From a bacterium (GTDB lineage Bacteria; Bacillota_I; Bacilli_A; RF39; UBA660): DNA of 64,000 nt. The translations under genes and the position numbers were made by a program. Positions 8,951 to 18,035 of the stretch are shown here, in pieces. The DNA is taken from positions 638 through 64,637 of the forward strand of contig JALFTB010000003.1 of the NCBI GenBank assembly GCA_022779465.1, given 5' to 3'. Under the pieces are notes generated by a model. The model had not been told where the DNA came from, made no database searches, and saw nothing but the letters and a program-made list of their open reading frames with translations. Position 1 is the stretch's first letter, and each line of letters starts with the position of its first letter.

Positions 8951-11785
8951 GTGATAAATATGATGAGTAAGATCCTGTTAATTGGATGGAGTTTAGCTGA
9001 TGAAATTGGTGATGTATTTAAAAAACTATTAAATTATATAATACTAACCGTAGATTCAGTTGTATTTTGGTTTATAAAATTAATTAGTCAAGTTTTCTTT
9101 TTGGTAGTCGATACAAACATGGAAGGACAGGCCATTACCGCTAAAATGAACGAACTTATGAATCGCATCTATATCATTTTGGGCGTTGGAATGCTTTTCT
9201 TTGTTGCTTATAAAATTATATGTTTAATGACAGATCCAGACAAAATTAGTAACGACGGTGCAGATTCAATGCAAGGAATTGTTAAAAATGTAGTTTTATC
9301 AGTAATTATGTTATCACTAATACCAACCGCATTTAATTACCTAATGCAATTTCAAACAAGAGTTGTTAGTACTAATGTTATTGGTTCTATTATTTTAGGA
9401 ACATCAAATAATTCATCTGATGCGAATAATGTTAGAAAAGCGGGTTCAAAGGTTGCCTTATCAATTTATTCATCTTTCTATTATCCAGTAAATGACAAAG
9501 GTAAAATATATAATTATTATGATTGTGGCGGAAGGTATCCGGATGCTCCAAAAAAGCCTAGCGGAGTACCAGATATTTGCGAAACATATGTAAAAAAATA
9601 TGACGATGCAATGAATTCCGGAGGAATTAAAGAATTTATATTAGATGATGAATTAAATCAAGCTCTTGTAGATGGTGAAATGGAACACATCGCTATTGTT
9701 CCAATATTAGCTGGAGCATATGCAGTATGGTTATATTTAGTATTTACTTTAGATGTTGCGACTAGAGCAATCAAGTTAATATTCTATAGATTAATTGCTC
9801 CAATCCCAGTAATGATGAGAATTACCAAGCCGGTAGGTGGAGCGTTTACTAAATGGATAAATGATGTTATCAAAACTTACCTATCATTATTTATTAGATT
9901 AATAATTATTAACTTCTCACTCTTTACAATAAATCTTATTGTATCATTAGATTTGAGTGAATTATTTCCAAGTTCTAGCTCTGCAACCGGATTAGCCATT
10001 CTACTTGCTAAAGTAGCAGTTTTACTTGGAATCTTACAATTTGCTAAAGATGCACCAAAAATGGTTGAAGAATTATTTGGCGTTGAACACATTGATACAA
10101 GCGTAGCAGGTATGAAAAATAGACTTAACGAAAATGAATATGCTAAAAGAGCTGCAGTTGCTGGTGGAGCTTTAGGTTTAGGTGGCGCTAGAGCAGGTTG
10201 GAATGCAATTCAAGGCAGATTTAATAAAAATTCAAAACAATATGCTGAAAGACAAAAAAGAAAACAAGAAAGAAATGCTTATAATGATAGAAGAAGACAA
10301 TATCGTGAAGGGTTAAGCAGTGCTGGAAGAGTTGCAGATAGTGTGGCACATGGAGTTAGCACAGCTTTTGGTGCCGTTGGAGCAGCCGGAAGAGCAGCGG
10401 CCAGAACAGTAGGCACTGCTGGAAGAGGACTGGCTGCTGGCAATGTTGATATTAATGAAATAGGAAATGCAATTGCTGGTCAAGACGCAGCAAATAAAAA
10501 AAGATATGCAGAACAAGATCAAAAAAGAGCACAAAAAAATCAACGTGCTATTAAAAATAGATTTAATACTGGTTCATATTTCTTTCCATCTGTTCAAGGA
10601 GCAGTTGGAAATCTAATTGATAGTATTCCAGATGTCGCAGTCGGCGAAGACGATGTTGTTAGAGAAGGACAACAAACTAAAAAAGATGTAGGTGGATGGT
10701 TAACAGGAATGGTTAATAAAGCATTAAGAACAACCAGTTCAGCTGCTGCATCAGCTGATAAAGCCGTTATATCAGCCGCAAGTGAAAGTTTCTCAAGAAT
10801 TACCGATTTACCATCAATGAAAGGCAAAGATACTGAACTAAATGCTGAAAAAGATTCAAGAAGAAATGCAATTATAAGTAATGCACAGGAAGCAAAACTT
10901 GCAGAAAGAACTAGTTATGACGCTAAAGTTGGTGAGTTATATGCACCAATTGCTCAGCAAAAAAGTTCAGTAGTTTCTACTATGTCATCTACGTATAGTC
11001 AATTGGTAAGGGATGATGCAACACGTGCTACTCATGAAATAGATAACAGCGCTAATTTAACTGATGAACAAAAAACGGAAGCTAAACAACAAATTCAAAC
11101 AAAAATGCAAAGTCAACTTGATGCTCTAAGTACTAATGACTTACAAGCTGTAACTCAAGTCATTAAAGAACATCAAACAGCTGTAGTTGCCAACATTACT
11201 AACGATACAAGTTTATCTGATGCAGAAAAGCAAAGAAGAATTGAAGTTGTAACTAATGCTTCAAATACTAATATTGAAACAATAACCACCCAATGCGAAC
11301 AACTTGATCAAAGCGTAGCTACTCAAAAAGCAGCTCTTGATGCCGAATATCAAGGTGCAATTGCTAAGATAAGTGCATCCGAAAATGCAGAATTAAAAGC
11401 AATTGATGATGATATCAAGAAGAAAAAAATGGATGCTAAGGTTGAAGCATTGAAAAAAGATGCTGATGTTCTAAAAATAGCTGGTAATGTTGAAACAGAA
11501 AAGAGTTTTATGGATAGTATTAACAAGATGAGTAGAGAATCACAAAGTGCTATCTATAGTCCAAAAATGGCTGAAACATTAGGATTGGCAGCAGCAGATG
11601 CAACTCCTGAAAATATTCAAAGAGAAATAAGAAGAACATTTTCTGATTTAAGAGCAGGCAATGTTAGTGAACAAACTGTTTTAACAATCGAACAATTAAA
11701 GAAATCATTAGAAACCGCAAAAAGAATTTCTGATTTAGCAACAGTAAATTCTGGTAAAAAAGAAAACGGTGGTGACAAGAAATAA
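8951..11785 (+). CDS. Extended VirB6/TrbL-like polytopic T4SS channel protein
   Basis: Multiple TMs with motifs RAIKLIFYRLIAPIPV and FAKDAPKMVEELFG, a Gly/Ala zipper, then a long helical tail; lies between the pilins and PrgI/VirB4. Confidence 0.75.
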   Translation: MINMMSKILLIGWSLADEIGDVFKKLLNYIILTVDSVVFWFIKLISQVFFLVVDTNMEGQAITAKMNELMNRIYIILGVGMLFFVAYKIICLMTDPDKISNDGADSMQGIVKNVVLSVIMLSLIPTAFNYLMQFQTRVVSTNVIGSIILGTSNNSSDANNVRKAGSKVALSIYSSFYYPVNDKGKIYNYYDCGGRYPDAPKKPSGVPDICETYVKKYDDAMNSGGIKEFILDDELNQALVDGEMEHIAIVPILAGAYAVWLYLVFTLDVATRAIKLIFYRLIAPIPVMMRITKPVGGAFTKWINDVIKTYLSLFIRLIIINFSLFTINLIVSLDLSELFPSSSSATGLAILLAKVAVLLGILQFAKDAPKMVEELFGVEHIDTSVAGMKNRLNENEYAKRAAVAGGALGLGGARAGWNAIQGRFNKNSKQYAERQKRKQERNAYNDRRRQYREGLSSAGRVADSVAHGVSTAFGAVGAAGRAAARTVGTAGRGLAAGNVDINEIGNAIAGQDAANKKRYAEQDQKRAQKNQRAIKNRFNTGSYFFPSVQGAVGNLIDSIPDVAVGEDDVVREGQQTKKDVGGWLTGMVNKALRTTSSAAASADKAVISAASESFSRITDLPSMKGKDTELNAEKDSRRNAIISNAQEAKLAERTSYDAKVGELYAPIAQQKSSVVSTMSSTYSQLVRDDATRATHEIDNSANLTDEQKTEAKQQIQTKMQSQLDALSTNDLQAVTQVIKEHQTAVVANITNDTSLSDAEKQRRIEVVTNASNTNIETITTQCEQLDQSVATQKAALDAEYQGAIAKISASENAELKAIDDDIKKKKMDAKVEALKKDADVLKIAGNVETEKSFMDSINKMSRESQSAIYSPKMAETLGLAAADATPENIQREIRRTFSDLRAGNVSEQTVLTIEQLKKSLETAKRISDLATVNSGKKENGGDKK

Positions 11786-12204
11786 TGACAAATGAAGCAC
11801 AATTTTGTGAAGATTACACAGTTAGATTTATTCTAATGTATAACATAATTGATAAAGACGAATTAGAAGATATAGAAACTACCAAAGCTATGAAAGAAGA
11901 TAGTATTTATCAAATGATGCTTACATCGGAAAAAGAAAAAACTATGTTAGAAGAAGCAGAAAAGGAATATGAAGAATCTATAGGTAAATTACTTGATGAA
12001 ATCAGACACAATTATCCTGATGTTATCAATCAAACAATAATGCAATTAAATGGATTATTAATTCAAAATCCTCAAGTAGCAGCTAAGTTAGGCTTGAGAG
12101 TACCACAAAGTATTTCTCAAGGCCTACCTAGCTTAGATTATTATAATAATTATAAAAAATGTTTCGATAACCTTCAAAAATTAGAAATATTAGGAATGAA
12201 ATAA
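11785..12204 (+). CDS. Hypothetical acidic soluble protein
   Basis: 139-aa ORF overlapping the VirB6-like stop by one base (TAATG); no recognisable motif. Confidence 0.65.
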   Translation: MTNEAQFCEDYTVRFILMYNIIDKDELEDIETTKAMKEDSIYQMMLTSEKEKTMLEEAEKEYEESIGKLLDEIRHNYPDVINQTIMQLNGLLIQNPQVAAKLGLRVPQSISQGLPSLDYYNNYKKCFDNLQKLEILGMK

Positions 12205-12220
12205 AAAGGAGGAATAAAAA

Positions 12221-12538
12221 GTGAATGAATATTTAATTCCCGCAAACTCCAAAAAGTCAATGTTGATTTTAGGAATGTTTAATAAAGGGGATTTAATTAT
12301 CTTTGGGGCTGGATTAGGAGCTACTGTATTAATGATGCTTACTATGTCTACTAATTCATTAAAACAGATATTATTTATATTATCACCTGCGTTAATATGT
12401 TCTTTCTTAGTTGTGCCAATTCCTAATCAACATAATATAAGAACATTAATACAGAATATATATTTATATTTTACAGGCCGAAGAACTTACTATTGGAAAG
12501 GTTGGTGTGGTGGTTATGGCGAAGACGACACAAAGTAA
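12221..12538 (+). CDS. PrgI/VirB3-like two-TM protein
   Basis: YLIPAN...ILG...DLII, two TMs, YLYF..RRTYYW; AGGAGG RBS; position upstream of VirB4. Confidence 0.7.
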   Translation: MNEYLIPANSKKSMLILGMFNKGDLIIFGAGLGATVLMMLTMSTNSLKQILFILSPALICSFLVVPIPNQHNIRTLIQNIYLYFTGRRTYYWKGWCGGYGEDDTK

Positions 12539-13073
12539 ATATACTGAGGATTGGGTTCCTATTAAGTCAATCCAAAATGGAATGATTCAACTTAATAATA
12601 ATTACTATGTAACTGGTATTAAAGTTGAACCTAAAAATATTTTTATCTTAGATTATCAAACTCAGAATAATATCATATTTAATTTTAGAAATTTTTATAA
12701 TACAATTGATTATGAATTCTGGCTAATAGTAGCAGATAGACCTGTTGATATTAAATTATACATGTCTCAACTTCAATTACAATATGATAATGCTCAAAAT
12801 CAAGCAATTAGAAAGCTTATTAGTCAAGATATTAGTAAAGCTGAAGATTTTGCTGGTACAGCAATGAATGTTGTTGATACAGAGTATTACATCTTATTTA
12901 GAGATAAAAAATTAGAGATAGTTCAAAAGAGAATTCAAAACCTTATTGGAAATTTAGCTCAACTTGGATTAAATTCAAGCCAAACAAGTGATGATGATTT
13001 AAAATTCTTGCTTCAAAATTTCTTAAATGGTGGAGCAAAGAATGAATATGGGACGGTGATGACTGATGTCTAA
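12507..13073 (+). CDS. VirB4-associated (TrsD/VirB4 N-domain-like) protein
   Basis: WVPIKSIQNGMI....YYVTGIKVEPKNIFIL...Q resembles the domain preceding Gram-positive VirB4 proteins; overlaps both neighbours. Confidence 0.6.
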   Translation: MVVMAKTTQSKYTEDWVPIKSIQNGMIQLNNNYYVTGIKVEPKNIFILDYQTQNNIIFNFRNFYNTIDYEFWLIVADRPVDIKLYMSQLQLQYDNAQNQAIRKLISQDISKAEDFAGTAMNVVDTEYYILFRDKKLEIVQKRIQNLIGNLAQLGLNSSQTSDDDLKFLLQNFLNGGAKNEYGTVMTDV

Positions 13074-14856
13074 TGTATTTAAAAGTGAAATAGCTCCTAA
13101 GGGCATGAATTTTAATATAAATGATTTTATGATTAGTGATAAATATGCTACTATCTTAACAATCATTAGTTATCCTAAAATGATAGGACCAGGTTTCTTA
13201 GCATCAGTTACTAATTTACCGGGTATTAAAGTTGTAGTTAAACATATTCCAATTAACTTCTCAGAAATGAGTAAGATGATTAACAAAGAAATTGTTGATT
13301 TAAAGCAAAGATATCAAAAAGAAAATGATCGTACTCTTCAAGAAAGATATCGTCAAGATTATGAATCATTAGAATCTTTTATTCAAATGCTTGCTGCAAC
13401 TCAATCAAAAATCTTTGATTTTCAAATGCATATTATGATTACAGCTGATTCAAAAGAAGAATTAGAAAATAAAAAAATTCAAATTAGAAACTACTTAGAT
13501 GCGATGGGAATGCGTGGTATTCCAATGATGTTTGAACAAGAAAAAGTTCTTAAATCAATGTTACCAATCTTCCCAAAACAAGATATCGAAGATCGAGTTG
13601 GTATTCCAATTCCAAGTCCTACTATTGCAGCAATGTATCCATTTGTCTTTGATAGTATTAAAGATCCAGGATCTGCTACTTTATTAGGTGTAGATTTCTC
13701 TGGGGGAGTTATCTTATTTAACCAATTCTTATATCAAATCAAAAAAGAGTTTAATAGAAATAATGCAAATATCATTATCTTAGGTACATCAGGTTCAGGT
13801 AAAAGTACCGCAGCTAAATTATTATTAAGAACTCATATTCGTAATAATTGTAAAATAATTGCTATTGACCCTGAAGGTGAACTTGAAGATATGACAAGAA
13901 ACTATGGTGGTGACTTTATCGATTTAGGTAAAGGTGGCCAATATGGTTTAATCAATCCATTAGAAGTTATCTTTGATGCTGATGAAGAAGAATTAAAAGA
14001 AGGTTTAGGTCATTCTGTATTAACTAGAACTCTTCAATCATTAAAAGCATTTATGAAATATTATTATCCTTCAATTGAAGATGATGTATTACAAATGTTT
14101 AGTGAAATATGTCAAGAAACATATAAGAGATTTAATATAGATTTTAATACTGACTTTAGTTCATTTACATCAGCTGATTATCCAACATTTGATGATGTTT
14201 ACTCAACAATTAAAGGTAAATTATTATCAATGCCAGAAGCAACTAGAGAAAAAGATGTAATGGAACGTTTAGAGTTACGTGTAAGACCATTTACAAATGA
14301 ATTAAGATTCTATTTTAATGGTCATACAACCCTACAAATGAAAAGTAATTTCATTGTATTTAATATTAGAGAACTTATGAATAGTGATGAAAATATTCGT
14401 AATGCTTTATTCTTTAATGTTTTAAAATATGCATGGGGCTTATGTTTAGATAAAAGTATTAATACCATAATGTATGTTGATGAAGCCCATGTCTTATTAT
14501 CATCAAGAAATGAACTAGGTGCTGAATTTTTAGCTCAAGTTCAAAGACGTAGTCGTAAATATAACACTGGAACAATTATTATTACTCAACAACCAACTGA
14601 CTTTGCTGCAGAAAATGTATTTGTTCATGGTAAAGCAATTTTCGATAACGCTTCTTATTATCTAGTAATGGGATTAAGAAAACAAGCTGTTGAAGATTTA
14701 GCCAGATTAATCGACTTAAATGATAATGAAAAAGAAAGTATTAAAACATACAGTCAAGGAGAAGCCTTATTCGTATGTGGAAATAGACGTATGAGAATTA
14801 ATGTTGTTCTTACTCAAGATGAGTTAGATTCATTTGGTTCTGGTGGCGGCCTATAG
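13066..14856 (+). CDS. virB4: VirB4-family T4SS ATPase
   Basis: NIIILGTSGSGKS (Walker A), IDPEGE, INPLE, YVDEAH (Walker B), RSRKYN...ITQQP and QGEALF. Confidence 0.92.
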   Translation: MSNVFKSEIAPKGMNFNINDFMISDKYATILTIISYPKMIGPGFLASVTNLPGIKVVVKHIPINFSEMSKMINKEIVDLKQRYQKENDRTLQERYRQDYESLESFIQMLAATQSKIFDFQMHIMITADSKEELENKKIQIRNYLDAMGMRGIPMMFEQEKVLKSMLPIFPKQDIEDRVGIPIPSPTIAAMYPFVFDSIKDPGSATLLGVDFSGGVILFNQFLYQIKKEFNRNNANIIILGTSGSGKSTAAKLLLRTHIRNNCKIIAIDPEGELEDMTRNYGGDFIDLGKGGQYGLINPLEVIFDADEEELKEGLGHSVLTRTLQSLKAFMKYYYPSIEDDVLQMFSEICQETYKRFNIDFNTDFSSFTSADYPTFDDVYSTIKGKLLSMPEATREKDVMERLELRVRPFTNELRFYFNGHTTLQMKSNFIVFNIRELMNSDENIRNALFFNVLKYAWGLCLDKSINTIMYVDEAHVLLSSRNELGAEFLAQVQRRSRKYNTGTIIITQQPTDFAAENVFVHGKAIFDNASYYLVMGLRKQAVEDLARLIDLNDNEKESIKTYSQGEALFVCGNRRMRINVVLTQDELDSFGSGGGL

Positions 14857-14864
14857 TATAAAAG

Positions 14865-16952
14865 GTGGTGTATCTATTTATGACAACTGATATTAATAAT
14901 ATAAATAGGATATTCAAAAAAATGATATTAACCATATCAGTTTTTTTGATATCCTTTTTTGCTCTTACTCCTGTAAAAGCAGCCGCTTTTAAATACTCAG
15001 AATTTGATTGGGATAAATTTGCTGAAAAAAATAAGAATTATTGGTTATCTACTTGTGAAACTACTGATAATGTTAAAAAGTGTGAAGATATGATTTTAAG
15101 CCAACAAAAGAAGTTTTATACCAAACTTTATAAATTATTAGGTCAATATGAAAAAAAAGGTGTAGTAGGTTTAAATGACAATGTAATTCTAGCAACAATA
15201 TTCTTTGAAATACCATTAGGATACGTTGTTGATGATGATGGAAAAAATAAAGATGATTATGCTAAAATAACCAATAGTTCAGCATCATCTTATAATAATG
15301 ATAATGAAAATATTGATGAATATGATGTCACATCTGATGATTCGGAAGCTCTATCACGTGGAACAGATACCTTAAAACTATTAGTTAAAAGTATGGTAGG
15401 TTATCGTGCTTCATGTTATGGTATTAGTGATAAAGAATCAACTCCATCATCTGATGGATCAACTGAATATGTTTGTCCTAGCGGTAGTGAAGAAACTTCT
15501 TCTGGTAAATGTCGCACCTTATTAAGTACTGGAGAACGTCATTTAGGATTCTGGGAAAAGGCCTTAGAGCATTTACAAAGCTTCTTTGGATTAACTAGTG
15601 ATAAAGCATCAAAATGTGCCTCTGAAGCTGCAAAACAAAATTATGGTAGTTATGACTATGTCGTATCGGATGATTTAGAAAAAGCTGAAGATAAATATTG
15701 GGATTTCTTAACTAATAGTAATTACTTAGATGGAATTGAACATCTAAAATATCGTTTTGATAATAAATTGAAGAAAACCCAAAAAGACAGTCTGACTGAA
15801 GAAGATAAAATTGAAGTAAGAACCCAAATTGTTAAAGAAATGAAAGAATTAGTTAAAATGTTCGAAAGTTCAGATAGTATGTATAACGCCAACTATGAAG
15901 AAGTTACTGAATATAACTATTTTTTCCCAATAGGTAGTGTTGAAACCGAAGAAATTGATGGTCATTTATATGCTAAAAAAGATCCAAAATCTGTAACTAT
16001 TATTTCTAAATTTGGTGAAATCAGATCTACTGATGGCAGTAAAACTAAAAAGAATTTTGGTATTGATATTGGTGAATTAGGCAATTCTGGAGAAACTTAT
16101 GTTATTGCTGTAGAACGTGGTACAGTTTCTTCTATAAAAAGTGAATGTAAAGAAAATGAAGAAGATTCTAAAAAATGTAACAGTGGTTATGGTAATACCG
16201 TAATGATTAAACATACTGATGGAAACACAACAGTTTATTCATTCTTATCTCCTGATTCAATTTTAGTTGAAGAAGGTGATGTTGTAGAACAAGGACAAGT
16301 AATCGCTAAAGCTGGTAAAACTGGTGATACTGACACAGTTTCCTTACATTTTGAAATTAGAACTGGAACTAGTGCATCTACTGCTGTTGATCCATTAGAT
16401 TACTTAGATTTATCTAATCCAAGACCAACAGCTAGTACCAAAATAGCCGCCTTTTTAGAAAAATTTGAAGGAACCGGACCAATGAGAGGGGACAATTATC
16501 TAGTATATTGTAATTCAGGTGATATTCCTACCGTTGGGCATGGTATCACCCTTCAATATAACGTTTCCGAATTAGCTCAATTTGGAATTAACGTTTCCTC
16601 ACCATATACACAGTACTGTGGAAAAGAATTTCCTAAAGCTGCAATTGATAAGGTATTCGGTGTTGTTTTAAAAAGATTCCAAGATAATGTTCGAAACAGT
16701 CTTGCAAGAAACAGTATTTCCAATTTAGCTAATCATCAAATAGATGCTTTAACTAGTTTAATGTATAATACCGGAAATTTAGATGGTTTCCCAAATGCTT
16801 ATAGATCTTACGGAAGCACTGAAAGTTTATGCACAAGTTATTGGAATGATCATTATGTGATGAAAGGTAGTCAATTTGAAAATGGTTTAAGAAGAAGAAG
16901 AAAAGCTGAATGTCAGATGTTTGTAAACGCTGACTATGGATTAGAAGGGTAA
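14865..16952 (+). CDS. Secreted cell-wall hydrolase fusion: N-domain, degenerate M23 peptidase, GH24 phage-type lysozyme
   Basis: M23 fold (GIDI, GYGNTVMIKH, V..GQVI, LHFEIR, DP) and lysozyme motifs (KFEG, IPTVGHG, QIDALTSLMYNTG, GLRRRRKAE). Confidence 0.85.
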   Translation: MVYLFMTTDINNINRIFKKMILTISVFLISFFALTPVKAAAFKYSEFDWDKFAEKNKNYWLSTCETTDNVKKCEDMILSQQKKFYTKLYKLLGQYEKKGVVGLNDNVILATIFFEIPLGYVVDDDGKNKDDYAKITNSSASSYNNDNENIDEYDVTSDDSEALSRGTDTLKLLVKSMVGYRASCYGISDKESTPSSDGSTEYVCPSGSEETSSGKCRTLLSTGERHLGFWEKALEHLQSFFGLTSDKASKCASEAAKQNYGSYDYVVSDDLEKAEDKYWDFLTNSNYLDGIEHLKYRFDNKLKKTQKDSLTEEDKIEVRTQIVKEMKELVKMFESSDSMYNANYEEVTEYNYFFPIGSVETEEIDGHLYAKKDPKSVTIISKFGEIRSTDGSKTKKNFGIDIGELGNSGETYVIAVERGTVSSIKSECKENEEDSKKCNSGYGNTVMIKHTDGNTTVYSFLSPDSILVEEGDVVEQGQVIAKAGKTGDTDTVSLHFEIRTGTSASTAVDPLDYLDLSNPRPTASTKIAAFLEKFEGTGPMRGDNYLVYCNSGDIPTVGHGITLQYNVSELAQFGINVSSPYTQYCGKEFPKAAIDKVFGVVLKRFQDNVRNSLARNSISNLANHQIDALTSLMYNTGNLDGFPNAYRSYGSTESLCTSYWNDHYVMKGSQFENGLRRRRKAECQMFVNADYGLEG

Positions 16953-16957
16953 TAATT

Positions 16958-17497
16958 ATGGGCTTAAAAAAAGATAAATACGATAGTAAAGATACTAGTT
17001 TAAAACAATTATTAATAATTCTAGCAGTAATTCTTTTAGTTTTAGGTATTATAAGTATTGTTAAAAAATCTAAAAATAATGATACCAATACTGAAACAGA
17101 AATAAAATTAGAAACTGTAAAAGATTATTCAACATTCTTTACAGTTGAAAATTGTATAAATAAATATATAAATGCTTTATCAAACTCTAATGGTGAAGAT
17201 GCATTTAATTTATTAACAAATGAATATAAAAACTTAATAAGTATTAATAAAGATAATGTTGATGAAAAATTAGATTATTTAGATGGTAACTACGTTTACG
17301 AAGCTCGTAACATCTTTGAAAAAAATATCGATAATAATATAAAAGAATATTATATTTATGGTTTATTAAAAGAAGATGTTTTAGGTGGATATGATACTGG
17401 TAAAGATTCGTATTATCAAGTTATCATCGAAGATGAATCATATACATTTACACTAAGACCTTACACTATAGAAGAATATAGAAAGGCGATTCAATGA
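16958..17497 (+). CDS. Bitopic membrane protein, VirB8-like candidate
   Basis: N-terminal TM; INKYINAL...AFNLL helix followed by beta strands; T4SS context. Confidence 0.5.
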   Translation: MGLKKDKYDSKDTSLKQLLIILAVILLVLGIISIVKKSKNNDTNTETEIKLETVKDYSTFFTVENCINKYINALSNSNGEDAFNLLTNEYKNLISINKDNVDEKLDYLDGNYVYEARNIFEKNIDNNIKEYYIYGLLKEDVLGGYDTGKDSYYQVIIEDESYTFTLRPYTIEEYRKAIQ

Positions 17498-17979
17498 AAA
17501 TAATAGATTATATTAAAGAACATAAAAGTTTAATTATCATCATTACTATTTTAATCGCAGCCTTTATTTTAATCGGGGTATTAATTTTTAATGGTAATGA
17601 AGATCAAAATTACAACCGTAAATATGATGAATCAAAAACAAAATATAAAATTAATGAAGTAGTTCCTATATATGTTAATCAAGAACAAATGGCTAAAAAA
17701 TATTTATCTGAATATGTTAATTTAATTGTTTTTGATGAAGAAAAAGCTTTTGAATTATTAGATGAAAGTTTTAGTCAAAGATACTTTAGTGGAGACTTTG
17801 ATGCCTTTTCAAAATATATTAATTCCTTAAAAACCAAACAATTTGTTCAAGCCAAAGTTACTGGTTATGACATCAGAAAAATTGAAGGCAAAACTTATTA
17901 CTATGTAAAAGATTTAGATGGCAATCAATTTTTATTTAAAGAATCAGGAATTAGAAATTATACAGTAGTAATAGATTAG
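17494..17979 (+). CDS. Bitopic membrane protein, VirB8-like candidate (paralog of the preceding ORF)
   Basis: N-terminal TM; LSEYVNLI...KAFELLD similar to the 16958 ORF; ATGA overlap. Confidence 0.5.
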   Translation: MKIIDYIKEHKSLIIIITILIAAFILIGVLIFNGNEDQNYNRKYDESKTKYKINEVVPIYVNQEQMAKKYLSEYVNLIVFDEEKAFELLDESFSQRYFSGDFDAFSKYINSLKTKQFVQAKVTGYDIRKIEGKTYYYVKDLDGNQFLFKESGIRNYTVVID

Positions 17980-18035
17980 ATAAACACTCAAAGCCACCTA
18001 GATGTAAGTGGCAAAATAAGTAGAGGAGGTAAATT

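Noticed and set aside
16440-16930. Prophage lysis module
   Set aside because: The GH24 domain is fused within a secreted T4SS-cluster protein, and no holin or phage structural genes are present.
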